Below are positions 41,001 to 49,210 of a stretch of 64,000 bases of DNA, one piece after another. Origin of the DNA: Candidatus Limimorpha avicola (GTDB taxonomy: Bacteria > Bacteroidota > Bacteroidia > Bacteroidales > F082); assembly GCA_020907925.1 (NCBI GenBank), contig DZDN01000058.1, positions 1,574 through 65,573 on the forward strand, in the 5' to 3' direction. How positions within the stretch are numbered: the stretch's first letter is position 1; each line of letters begins with the position of its first letter. The notes under the pieces are model-generated. The model saw only the letters and a list, made by a program, of their open reading frames with translations, was not told where the DNA came from and ran no database searches. The translations under genes were made by a program, and so were the position numbers.

Positions 41001-44000
41001 ATCATTATAATCTGTCACTGCAGTAAGCATTCCATAATTCTTATCATAACAAGATTGCAGATTACGCCCCATTTCATCGACTGTCAAAGTTGGATATCTA
41101 TATTGATATTCAGGACCATAATCTAATTTTATCACTTTCTCATCTTTAAATGAAGAAGAAGTTTCCACTCTTTGCACGACATGACCGAAATCATCATACT
41201 GAAATGAAATCGAAACGGAAAGAGGATCAGTGATATCGCCATAAACATTAGGTATATAATCTCTCATCATAACTCGATGTGGATTATTGTCATCAGAATA
41301 ATGAAACATTTCAGTATTCCCAAAAACATTTTCCGACTTAAGAGACTGTTTTCTAACAATCATGGCAGGTCTGTTAATAAGCCAATTTGCATAATCAAGG
41401 TTATAATAGTTTTCTACTTTCGTCCAATACATATAATCCATAGGATTATCTCCTACATCTTTATAATCTACCGCCTCTGTAACACTATTCAAAATAATAG
41501 CATTCAAATAAACATTACTATTCAAATCACTGTTATATTCATTAACTGTCTTAACGACTTTATGCAATTTACCACGTTTGTCACAATCAAATATCTTTTC
41601 AGTCTTTCCTACCATCATTGGCATAATTATTTTATCATTGTCGATAAAACTGTATTTTTCATAAAAATAGTTCTCTTCTTTCAACAGGACATTATCATTC
41701 CCGAATAATTGCAACTTATCCAACAACATGATAAAATTTTCAGACATTGTTGACAATTCATTATATGTTATTTGTTTTCTATTTAAAACACCATTTACAT
41801 ATTCTTCTTTCATCACAGATTCAAAACCCATAAATCCATGACCATCCAAATGTATCTTGGCATTATTATAATAATATTTTGAAATGACGGGATTACCATT
41901 GATTGAGAATAATGTATCCGATTTCAAAGCTCGAATAGGGATTCCAATGCACATTACACCATTCTCCAAAGAAGGAGCATTTAAACTGTAAAATGATTGA
42001 GAATCATTTTTCGGCATAAGATAATCATATTCAAATCCCATACAATTTCCCATGCCGTCTGTTATTCTTTCGACATCATACATAGAAGTATGAGGATTCA
42101 ATGCAACAATTTTGGGAGTCTCAGCAGAATAAGGGGTTCTTCTAACACTTGACAATACTGAAATATTCTCTTGTCCCAAAAAGTTACCAAGATACACATA
42201 CTGATGTGCATAATTTATCGACATATAATATCTTTTATAATTTGCGAATGTAAACAGTATCTCATCTTTCAATCCTATTTTAAATCCCACTTCAAGATAA
42301 TAATTACCTCCGGAATTTTTAAATATGCCAATATCAGTTGTTCCATCACCATCAAAATCCGCAGTTCTTATCGTTACAGTAGGTTTTGCCAAATCTTTCA
42401 ACGAACACAAATATCTGTCAATAGGCTGAGGTGTCACACCTGCAAATATACTCGAATAGTCACAACGATATTTGTCCGTATAACCATTCCCTTTGGAAAA
42501 TCTTATAGTCCAATAAGTCTTTGGACTATAGACAAGAAGGTCTATATTACCATCTCCATTAAAATCTCCGGGAAAGACAAAATCATCAAGGGAGATATCT
42601 ATCCCACATTCTTTTATCAAAACATAATAACCATTATACAAAATCAATGAATAAAATCCCGATTCTTTTCCTCTTGTAGCCAAAAGTTCAGAAGCACCAT
42701 CTCCATTATAGTCCATTGGTTGAAAACGCTGTGCCTCATTAAACATATCATCAAAAAACACAACATTACTGAAACACGTCTCATCTTTATAATATAAATA
42801 TTTAACGTTAGTATTTGGAGACAAACTCCCATAATTCCCACTTATCAATAACAAAGAAGCTTTTCTTTCTCCCAAAAAATCTCCCGGATAAATATTAAAA
42901 ATATTATTTTCGGAATAATTATATACAAAATCAAATGTTTTCCCGTTATTGATATACATATTCATTGTTGTCAAAGTACCATTATCATTATCAACACTGT
43001 ATGAAACAATATCATCCTTGCCATCGCCGTTGAAGTCAACAACATAAATCCATTCCAAATATTTGTCAAAAATCATCGTAGTAAGCGGGAAGTCTTCAAA
43101 TCCTCCTTTCCCGGTATTCAAATATACATCAGCCAAAACATTTCCCGGATAAGTTTCACCCAATTTATAAGGCACCAAAATGACATCAGAAAGACCATCA
43201 CCATTAAAATCCCCAACAAATGGGACCTTGTTGAAAACATTTTTATCCAAAACATACGACTGATGTGCGTTGCCATAATGTTTCGATTTATCGTTCCATG
43301 ATATTCTCGTTGGATTCAGTTTGACGCCATCAACCGTTAATGTAACCTCAACAAGTCTATGATACATAAAATACACATTATCGTAATATTGTGGTTTCAG
43401 ATAATTAAATGAATAATTGTATAACTCACTATTTGACAACATATTCGATACAATAATATTTGTCAACAATCTTTTACTTTGAATAATAGCATCACCACAA
43501 AATGCGAAATCGCAATCCGTCTTTTCCTCATAGACAAATTCCACTTTATAAACAGCATCTTGATTGGTTTTATCATTATAAGTATAATATATACTTTTTA
43601 TGTAAACCTCTCCTGTTTTTTGATTCTCATCATAATGAAATGTCATATAATTACCATCTCTATCAGACACTTTATTAAGCATCCACATTAAAGTCAAATT
43701 ACTGTTATGTGAAGTCTCTATTTTCGAATCAACAGTATTGCCATATTCACATATTGTGCCATCAGCTTTCCATACCTCAAAATAATCAGGACCATTACTA
43801 TCCGGATATGATACTATTTTACTCATCATATCCATTTCAGTTTTATATATCAACTCATTTACCGAGCCTACTCCTTCAGAGACTTGAAACATTCTGTTGC
43901 CGTCAAGGGAATAAACATCATCATTAAAATCAACATCACCTATTTCTCCATCATGATAAATTGTCTTCCTCGCCCTTGTTATTGATGACAATCCTGAAAC

Positions 44001-44429
44001 ATTCCATCCCCAGCCAAGCAAACCATTACCTCCCTGACTATTATAAGAAACAGACAATTGAGGCAAGATATCTCCAATACAAGAAGGCATTTTTAAAGGA
44101 ATACTGTAAACAACACCTCCCATGTCACCTACATCATATACTCCTGACAAACTTCCGACAACACCATTGTCGCCCACCCCAGGGCCTCCGTAATATCCTT
44201 CTTCAGGCAAAAAGACTCCATATCTGTCTATACTAAGTTTCATATCATGACCATCGACAGGTTTATAACAAAACCCCTCTTTCAATGTTATGGACCTACT
44301 TGCCTGACAAACATAACTCACAATATTATTCATCTCCTCATTCAGGACAATATCTGTTTGATGATACATATCTTGAGCATTCATATAGCCTCCAATAAGC
44401 ATAACAAACAACAATAATTCTCTTTTCAT
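38091..44429 (-). CDS. Giant secreted polymorphic-toxin-type protein: signal peptide, SpvB/TcdB-N-like region, FG-GAP/VCBS beta-propeller repeats, TcdB-mid-like region, RHS/YD-repeat shell, RHS core end (DPTGEW), and an unassigned 273-aa C-terminal domain
   Basis: Signal peptide MKRELLLFVMLIGGYMNAQ. SpvB-like IPL..P...G..P.LSVSYNSQGGNGLLGWGW. Five DFNGDG-type FG-GAP motifs at aa 400-720. Many YD repeats (YDDNGNLV, YDIFGRLTEE, YDGNGNLTG and others). Core-end segment IYKDHLGSW..FDAWGN..FTGHEH..MNGRMYDP..NPLSYNDPTGEW. Confidence 0.9.
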   Translation of the reverse strand: MKRELLLFVMLIGGYMNAQDMYHQTDIVLNEEMNNIVSYVCQASRSITLKEGFCYKPVDGHDMKLSIDRYGVFLPEEGYYGGPGVGDNGVVGSLSGVYDVGDMGGVVYSIPLKMPSCIGDILPQLSVSYNSQGGNGLLGWGWNVSGLSSITRARKTIYHDGEIGDVDFNDDVYSLDGNRMFQVSEGVGSVNELIYKTEMDMMSKIVSYPDSNGPDYFEVWKADGTICEYGNTVDSKIETSHNSNLTLMWMLNKVSDRDGNYMTFHYDENQKTGEVYIKSIYYTYNDKTNQDAVYKVEFVYEEKTDCDFAFCGDAIIQSKRLLTNIIVSNMLSNSELYNYSFNYLKPQYYDNVYFMYHRLVEVTLTVDGVKLNPTRISWNDKSKHYGNAHQSYVLDKNVFNKVPFVGDFNGDGLSDVILVPYKLGETYPGNVLADVYLNTGKGGFEDFPLTTMIFDKYLEWIYVVDFNGDGKDDIVSYSVDNDNGTLTTMNMYINNGKTFDFVYNYSENNIFNIYPGDFLGERKASLLLISGNYGSLSPNTNVKYLYYKDETCFSNVVFFDDMFNEAQRFQPMDYNGDGASELLATRGKESGFYSLILYNGYYVLIKECGIDISLDDFVFPGDFNGDGNIDLLVYSPKTYWTIRFSKGNGYTDKYRCDYSSIFAGVTPQPIDRYLCSLKDLAKPTVTIRTADFDGDGTTDIGIFKNSGGNYYLEVGFKIGLKDEILFTFANYKRYYMSINYAHQYVYLGNFLGQENISVLSSVRRTPYSAETPKIVALNPHTSMYDVERITDGMGNCMGFEYDYLMPKNDSQSFYSLNAPSLENGVMCIGIPIRALKSDTLFSINGNPVISKYYYNNAKIHLDGHGFMGFESVMKEEYVNGVLNRKQITYNELSTMSENFIMLLDKLQLFGNDNVLLKEENYFYEKYSFIDNDKIIMPMMVGKTEKIFDCDKRGKLHKVVKTVNEYNSDLNSNVYLNAIILNSVTEAVDYKDVGDNPMDYMYWTKVENYYNLDYANWLINRPAMIVRKQSLKSENVFGNTEMFHYSDDNNPHRVMMRDYIPNVYGDITDPLSVSISFQYDDFGHVVQRVETSSSFKDEKVIKLDYGPEYQYRYPTLTVDEMGRNLQSCYDKNYGMLTAVTDYNDFTTNRLEDPFGVRQDVIMADGIRNVKVKLWSEGNEYAPEGASYYIWDKTTGKAETMTFYHKTGKELRNVSFNLNGDAVFVDMKYDDNGNLVKKSLPYYRGDNVDYVSFTYDIFGRLTEESRPDGTRAVYQYDGYNVVLTTYLNDGTVRKKIKKTNPMGWLIETEDNGGASVVYDYYSSGNIKSAKILGNENTVINVEYDNRGNKKRLSDPNGGVLCYEYDAADNLVKMIYPENNVTTYSYNAVGQTVRRVDKDVHTGKEIVTEWIYEDNDGEIGLLKKIICGDNQVITYNYDELLRVTSVDEMIDGEMYSTSFTYDEVGRKLEETFPSGLTIKNVYSNSGYCRSIIDVDREKVIWTANKVDSFGNIVEFETANGCVSEFSYDDLNNRLLSILTKKGDFELQNLVYSYDGNGNLTGRSKYTGTKVSEEFEYDKYDRLTKIRRNGMTTGIMQYDVLGNINSKSVDGKDIYFEAEYDTEKPNAIVKAKLGEVDIEGINHTITYTMFDKVDKIISGDNTIAFQYGFDYERCKVTSVVDGKSLEKVYVGGCEYVTENNKTTVYTYIQSPAGVFAVEVLTPEGDRGFYFIYKDHLGSWNIITDENGNKIQELSFDAWGNLRNADTWSGTYNGDMLCDRGFTGHEHLKDFGLINMNGRMYDPLMSMMLSPDNNVQLPDMSQNYNRYSYCLNNPLSYNDPTGEWIEWLVQGLCGGVFNIIKNIPNIDTFGEGLLAFGAGFIQGCVSQGVISASWIVQVMSNAAIGGLVAGTNSFIANYDGSGDYNSVNWSEVTKSFWGGVGKGLSKSTLCAYIHAPKDNEEGLRVCDFLANSHVAKHVIVQTASSFFDNLFAGKYVFQNFRPGYVGFDFSILIPIFYDVLTQHAYASDWADQQVAHFENELRNTLSPEDRNCEIIRCIDEVVIDNGKIYVKSVMFAMLPAQIIEVVPISFSRTWTGDMNFSLFMSMFSNKQTKPFKL

Positions 44430-44441
44430 AACAATAACATT

Positions 44442-44897
44442 TTACAGTTTCAACACTATCTTAGTCTGAACATAACCTTCAAACTCCACTTTCATCAAAT
44501 ATACCCCTCGTGGGAAACACGAAATATCCAATGTATGTCTTTCACATACAATCTGACAATCAACAAGTTTCACTCCATTCATATTATAAAAGCTTAAAGT
44601 TGCTTTATTATCACTGTCTATCGATTTCAACTGCACGGTAAGACATCCGCTGGTTGGATTAGGAAACACTCTCATTTCCTCATCCAGAACACATTCATCC
44701 AATACATAATCACTTGTAATAGTATTTTTCATCTTGTCAAACTTTTTTTCATCATTGCAATCATCACCGAGCCACCGTTCTATTCTATTACCATTATTAT
44801 CATAACTAAATGACAAACAATACTGTGCAAATAAATCACCTGTTTGGATCAAGTATAATACTATCACAAGAAACACAAAACAATATTTCCGTTTCAT
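44442..44897 (-). CDS. Small secreted protein: signal peptide, a single YD-type repeat (SFSYDNNGNRIERW) and a T9SS C-terminal sorting domain
   Basis: Por_Secre_tail pattern VFPNPTSGCLTVQL...GVYLMKVEFEGYVQTKIVLKL. It sits 12 nt upstream of the RHS gene. Confidence 0.75.
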   Translation of the reverse strand: MKRKYCFVFLVIVLYLIQTGDLFAQYCLSFSYDNNGNRIERWLGDDCNDEKKFDKMKNTITSDYVLDECVLDEEMRVFPNPTSGCLTVQLKSIDSDNKATLSFYNMNGVKLVDCQIVCERHTLDISCFPRGVYLMKVEFEGYVQTKIVLKL

Positions 44898-44918
44898 AAT
44901 ATTATCCTTTTAAAATTA

Positions 44919-45899
44919 CTATTTTAGAGTATTGATAATATCCTGTTGCTTCTTAATTTGTTTTTGTAGTTCTATGGTATAGAGTGTAAGTTCCTCGATT
45001 TTCTTAAGCAACAATCCCTGAAATTTGACGATTTCGTAACCTTCAGTCAACACTTCAAATTCTGATGGAATATCCGGAAGATGTCTGTTTTTCTTGATAT
45101 AACGCTCCAACTCCTTCAACGAGATAAGATTGTAATCATCTTCAAAAACATCATCGTGCCATTCTTCTACCTCTTTGACATATACCTCATTAGTAAGAAT
45201 ACCTCCTGATACCGCCAATGAATAGTTATATGAATCTTCAAATACATTATTAGTATTAATGCCAATTTTACCAAAAAGTGCAACTCTTTCTGCCTCTATG
45301 CTCAGGTTGTCATCCACAGCTTTTATTCCCATTCCGTCTTTAGATACCGATATCACATGATTATCATCATACATTTGGAGGAACACCTTGTTGGTCATTT
45401 TATTTTTAGTTTCAAGAATAACTCCGGCATCTTCACTATAATCCGATTTTATATGTAATTTAGCTTGCGGTTCAATAACATCCCCTATTCCCACTTTGCC
45501 TGTCGATTCATTTCCAAGCGACGGACCGACGAACAAAGTCGGATGTTTACTGTTAAAGCTTATTATCAATGAATTTGGTTTATTATTAATAAGAGCCTTA
45601 TTATCCAAGTCACCAAGACCTGAACCTATAACCACCGCATTGGTAGCTTCCGCGCGTACAAAAGTCCCCAATGCCATAGAAGTACCACCTTTTGCCTTTG
45701 CCGAATTTCCTACAGCCAACGAATAGACTCCAGTCGTACTATTATTAATACCCAATGTTGCCGAAAATGTTCCATTAGGTTCATTTTGATATTGTCCGGA
45801 AGTTGGACCACAAATATCGCACCCATTAGTGTCCTGCGCTTTTATCACAGCACACATCATCTGCAGCAGTATAATAACTGCCAATAAAATATGTTTCAT
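44919..45899 (-). CDS. Secreted fibre-like protein: YadA-head/Hep_Hag-like repeats with a C-terminal heptad (coiled-coil) module
   Basis: Signal peptide. S.A.G...A.G repeats (FSATLGINNSTTGVYSLAVGNSAKAKGGTSMALG). C-terminus HLPDIPSEFEV....LLLKKIEELTLYTIELQKQIKK. Confidence 0.6.
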   Translation of the reverse strand: MKHILLAVIILLQMMCAVIKAQDTNGCDICGPTSGQYQNEPNGTFSATLGINNSTTGVYSLAVGNSAKAKGGTSMALGTFVRAEATNAVVIGSGLGDLDNKALINNKPNSLIISFNSKHPTLFVGPSLGNESTGKVGIGDVIEPQAKLHIKSDYSEDAGVILETKNKMTNKVFLQMYDDNHVISVSKDGMGIKAVDDNLSIEAERVALFGKIGINTNNVFEDSYNYSLAVSGGILTNEVYVKEVEEWHDDVFEDDYNLISLKELERYIKKNRHLPDIPSEFEVLTEGYEIVKFQGLLLKKIEELTLYTIELQKQIKKQQDIINTLK

Positions 45900-45930
45900 A
45901 AATTCTGTTTTTAAAGGTTCTAATTTATCA

Positions 45931-47409
45931 TTATTTTTTGATGAATGTACCAGTTAAAATACAATCATCACCATCTATTAATTTGCAACAATATGTGCCA
46001 CTGTTCAGGGGAGAAACGTCAATTGTCAGAATGTTTCCATTAGTTCCAATTGTTTTATCCAAAAACATCCTTCCTGCAATATCATATACCTGGATGCGTG
46101 CATTTCTCATCTCAAAACCTGAAGTTTTTATATTCACAATATCGTTTGCCGGATTAGGAAATATATCCACATCAATATCTTCAACAATATTATCAGAAAC
46201 AGAAACAACAAGTTCAATATCTTCTCTTAACACTTTGAAAATCTGCACTATTGTTGGTTTCTCTCCAGTTACATTGATTGAATGTACAATAACTCCGCCA
46301 TCTTTTGTAGGCTGTGCATTTACCGACAATGCAATATCACAATCATTACCAAATTCTTTTCTTCCTAACAAATTCAAATCTTTATCAATCATAGTAACAG
46401 TAGTAGGAAGATATTCCGGATCATAAAAATTATAAAGACTAAAAACCGCTGATAGTATATATATCGTCGAATCATTAATATAGACATTATTGCAATATTG
46501 AGCCAAATAGTCCGATGTATCAGCTCGCATCAAAGGAAGTCTTTCCGAAACATCTCCTGTAATATTCATTTTCAACACTTCAGTATAGTAATCCGTAATT
46601 GAAGAAGCATCTTTAATCCTTCTTACAGGTATCAAAAATTCCTCCTCATCATACCAATAATCAGTATTTATGCAACAAACCGAATAATCGAACGGCAGCA
46701 CGCTATGTGCAATATACTCCAAATCTTTGTCAAAACGGCTTAATGTAATATGTCCGGCAACATCAAAAGCCTCTCCGATAAGCAAATATTCCTCTGTTCC
46801 CGGTATCTTCTCAAGGTCATGAGGCACTCCACCAGAAGGACGATGACCGGTATGAATAACTTTCTTCAAAACATTCAAATCATCATCTACTTCCATGAAT
46901 ATCAGATCGCCATCTCCTGACCATCTCTCCTCCTGAACTATCATGGCAATATTGTTATCATAAGATTTTGTCATGACCGACCAGTCTCTCCACGAATAAT
47001 AATTCTCATCCAATGGAATAAACTCTTCCTTCACTATCTCAAGTTCAGAATTCATAATAGACAACCATAAATACTCAAAAGCTTCAGTAATATCATCATC
47101 ACTCGCCAATCCGATGACAATAATACTGTCGCCATTCAACTTCATAGATGAATTGAAAAAACTTTTTTTCTTTTCTGTTGTAAACACTTTACGTGTATAA
47201 TTATCATCATTATCAATAAATATCGCTACCGGTCTATAATCATAACCGGAACCACAAAACGTAGTTATTCCAACAAGATAATTACCATTTTCAACCATTG
47301 TACCACCACTAAAATACTCATGTTTCTCAGATGGATAACTTATTTCCCATTGTTGAGCATTCACGACTATCGTCGTTAAAAACATCATTAAGACAGTAAT
47401 TTTTTTCAT
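45931..47409 (-). CDS. Secreted protein of unknown function with a T9SS C-terminal sorting domain
   Basis: Signal peptide (..VVNAQQ). C-terminal IFPNPANDIVNIK....GTYCCKLIDGD....GTFIKK matches the Por_Secre_tail pattern. Confidence 0.7.
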   Translation of the reverse strand: MKKITVLMMFLTTIVVNAQQWEISYPSEKHEYFSGGTMVENGNYLVGITTFCGSGYDYRPVAIFIDNDDNYTRKVFTTEKKKSFFNSSMKLNGDSIIVIGLASDDDITEAFEYLWLSIMNSELEIVKEEFIPLDENYYSWRDWSVMTKSYDNNIAMIVQEERWSGDGDLIFMEVDDDLNVLKKVIHTGHRPSGGVPHDLEKIPGTEEYLLIGEAFDVAGHITLSRFDKDLEYIAHSVLPFDYSVCCINTDYWYDEEEFLIPVRRIKDASSITDYYTEVLKMNITGDVSERLPLMRADTSDYLAQYCNNVYINDSTIYILSAVFSLYNFYDPEYLPTTVTMIDKDLNLLGRKEFGNDCDIALSVNAQPTKDGGVIVHSINVTGEKPTIVQIFKVLREDIELVVSVSDNIVEDIDVDIFPNPANDIVNIKTSGFEMRNARIQVYDIAGRMFLDKTIGTNGNILTIDVSPLNSGTYCCKLIDGDDCILTGTFIKK

Positions 47410-47433
47410 GACAATATTATTTTAAATTAACAA

Positions 47434-48516
47434 TTATTTCTGTAGCAAATCAACTGGTAATCCCAAATCAAGTACCGGAATTGCTATTTTTTCACCATAT
47501 AATATAAAATTCTCATGTCTTCTCAAAGTTCCTCCTGACACTATTGAACTGTTTCCTTGAATATCCACCTCCATAAATTTCGGATTTTGTGGCAATTGCC
47601 CACTATATTTAGGGTCATTGGGTACAAGTTCCATAATAACATCAACTTCATTTTGAAAATAATAATTCAATAAAGAACCGCTTAGATACAAATATTGAAG
47701 ATTGTTAATCCAATAATAAATATAGTATTCACCATTATATTTTACATATTCATTACCCAACAGATGTATCATGGACTGTGAAAAATAAATATTCCGGTAT
47801 CCATCAACAGCAGCCGGAGACCATCCATAATAGTAATTAATCCAATATTCTATCCATTCCGCTGCATCACCCCATTCAGAAGGGTCGTCGCAAGAGCCTC
47901 CGTACTCACCAAAGTACCAGCAATCATCCTCACCAAAAGGTCCGACATAATACACATTAAGATTTCCGGGATCCTCAGGTATAGACCTTCCCGAAGACAC
48001 CAAAGCTATTATCTCCAAACGGTTGTTTTCGACCTCTCCTTTCTCAAAAAACACATTTTTCAACGATTTGTTTTGAACAATTCCATCGTTAGAATAGGCT
48101 GTTCTAACATCATTTATGATTTGATCATATAATAATGCCACATCACTCATCGACACGACATTATTGTTGACAGGTACAGAAAACACCAATTCCTGAGTAA
48201 CAATTTTATCATATAACAAGTCAGGGAAAGTATATGAAGCATTAAACAAAGCCTCAATATTCCACACCACACTGTCGATACTGATAAAATCCTCACTTTT
48301 TGAAGCAAGACCATCGGCAATGGACATTCTGTTTTTAAAATTTTTTATTTTTCCAACAATACTCGAGGCATCAATTTGTTCTGTACTACCAATATTATCA
48401 GAAAGTATACTCTGAATCGGTTCAATATATTTCTTCCTACAGGCATACAATGCCATTGCCAGAACAATAATGCAAAACAACACTTTTAAAATACTTTTAT
48501 AATAACTATGTTTCAT
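47434..48516 (-). CDS. Putative lipoprotein of unknown function
   Basis: Signal peptide with a lipobox-like LYAC. The C-terminal half is rich in aromatic and acidic residues (WYFGEYGGSCDDPSEWGDAAEWIEYWINYYYGW). Confidence 0.6.
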   Translation of the reverse strand: MKHSYYKSILKVLFCIIVLAMALYACRKKYIEPIQSILSDNIGSTEQIDASSIVGKIKNFKNRMSIADGLASKSEDFISIDSVVWNIEALFNASYTFPDLLYDKIVTQELVFSVPVNNNVVSMSDVALLYDQIINDVRTAYSNDGIVQNKSLKNVFFEKGEVENNRLEIIALVSSGRSIPEDPGNLNVYYVGPFGEDDCWYFGEYGGSCDDPSEWGDAAEWIEYWINYYYGWSPAAVDGYRNIYFSQSMIHLLGNEYVKYNGEYYIYYWINNLQYLYLSGSLLNYYFQNEVDVIMELVPNDPKYSGQLPQNPKFMEVDIQGNSSIVSGGTLRRHENFILYGEKIAIPVLDLGLPVDLLQK

Positions 48517-48697
48517 AATTTTTTGGTTTTTTAAATTCTATTTAAGCACTTTCTAATACATACACAGATTTTTGACTGAAAAATTGTCTTTTTATCTTAT
48601 GTCTAATTTTTTATCCTTAACTGCCGACATTCACACCAAGGATTTTCGTTCAATCATATCAATACCTCCTTTGCATTTTTTAACGTTTGTCTTATCG

Positions 48698-48705
48698 CAA
48701 AGATA
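48698..48705 (-). promoter_or_regulatory. Candidate -7 promoter box TATCTTTG (minus strand) for the five-gene RHS operon
   Basis: CAAAGATA on the plus strand, about 180 nt upstream of the lipoprotein ATG. It is the only such box I found on this strand in the 700-nt spacer. Confidence 0.35.
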
Positions 48706-49048
48706 AAGACCAAACAAAGTTTTGTCAATAGTTTTTTCATTAATTTTTATTTATTAATCATATTATATTCAATAAGATATCTTAAAAGTTATTAACATTT
48801 TATAAAAATAATATATTATAAATATGTGAATCATTGTATCTATGATATAAAAAATCTTAACAATGTTAAAAATCGCCACATCAAGATTCATATTCTTCAT
48901 TCCAGGTCCAAATTTCATTTTCTTTTCTTCACAATCACATATTAAAAATGCATTACTTTCATGCAGATTTTACCTACGAAAGAGATAATGTCAGATATTC
49001 AGAACATATTTTTTTGTAAAAACCTCTTGACAATAACAAAAAATGACG

Positions 49049-49056
49049 TAACTTTG
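49049..49056 (+). promoter_or_regulatory. Bacteroidota -7 promoter box TAACTTTG for pyrBI
   Basis: TTG-N-TAACTTTG arrangement about 170 nt upstream of pyrB. Confidence 0.5.
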
Positions 49057-49063
49057 CACTTTG

Positions 49064-49210
49064 ATGACAAGAGTAAGGAATTTAGCGGAGTTAGCATCTA
49101 AGGTATTAAAAAGAAGAAATTCTTTTGAAAATAAAATATTTTCATTTTCGTTGACGGTTTTTGAAGCCGTCTTTTTTTTTATTCAGAAACATCATATTGT
49201 TAAACTATAA
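49064..49210 (+). promoter_or_regulatory. pyrBI leader: 48-codon leader ORF running through a U-rich tract and an intrinsic terminator (candidate attenuator)
   Basis: I hand-translated the ATG at 49064 through to the TAA at 49208-49210 with no in-frame stop. The hairpin GACGGTTT/AAGCCGTC (49153-49171) plus T9 (49172-49180) lies inside this ORF. Confidence 0.5.

Noticed and set aside
38202-44236. About a dozen plus-strand ORFs of 60-160 aa inside the RHS gene (for example 41277-41708 and 42171-42650)
   Set aside because: All are antisense to a continuous 2112-codon frame with recognisable SpvB, FG-GAP and YD motifs. Their translations are Ile/Phe/Asn-rich, as expected from the reverse complement of AT-rich coding sequence. 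I looked there specifically for a hidden immunity gene and found none that was credible.
48773-48784. Perfect 12-bp palindrome TAAGATATCTTA in the spacer upstream of the RHS operon
   Set aside because: A single AT-rich palindrome in a 700-nt AT-rich spacer is expected by chance. I found no second copy or flanking inverted repeats that would suggest an invertible promoter. It is worth a glance only if a regulator is sought.
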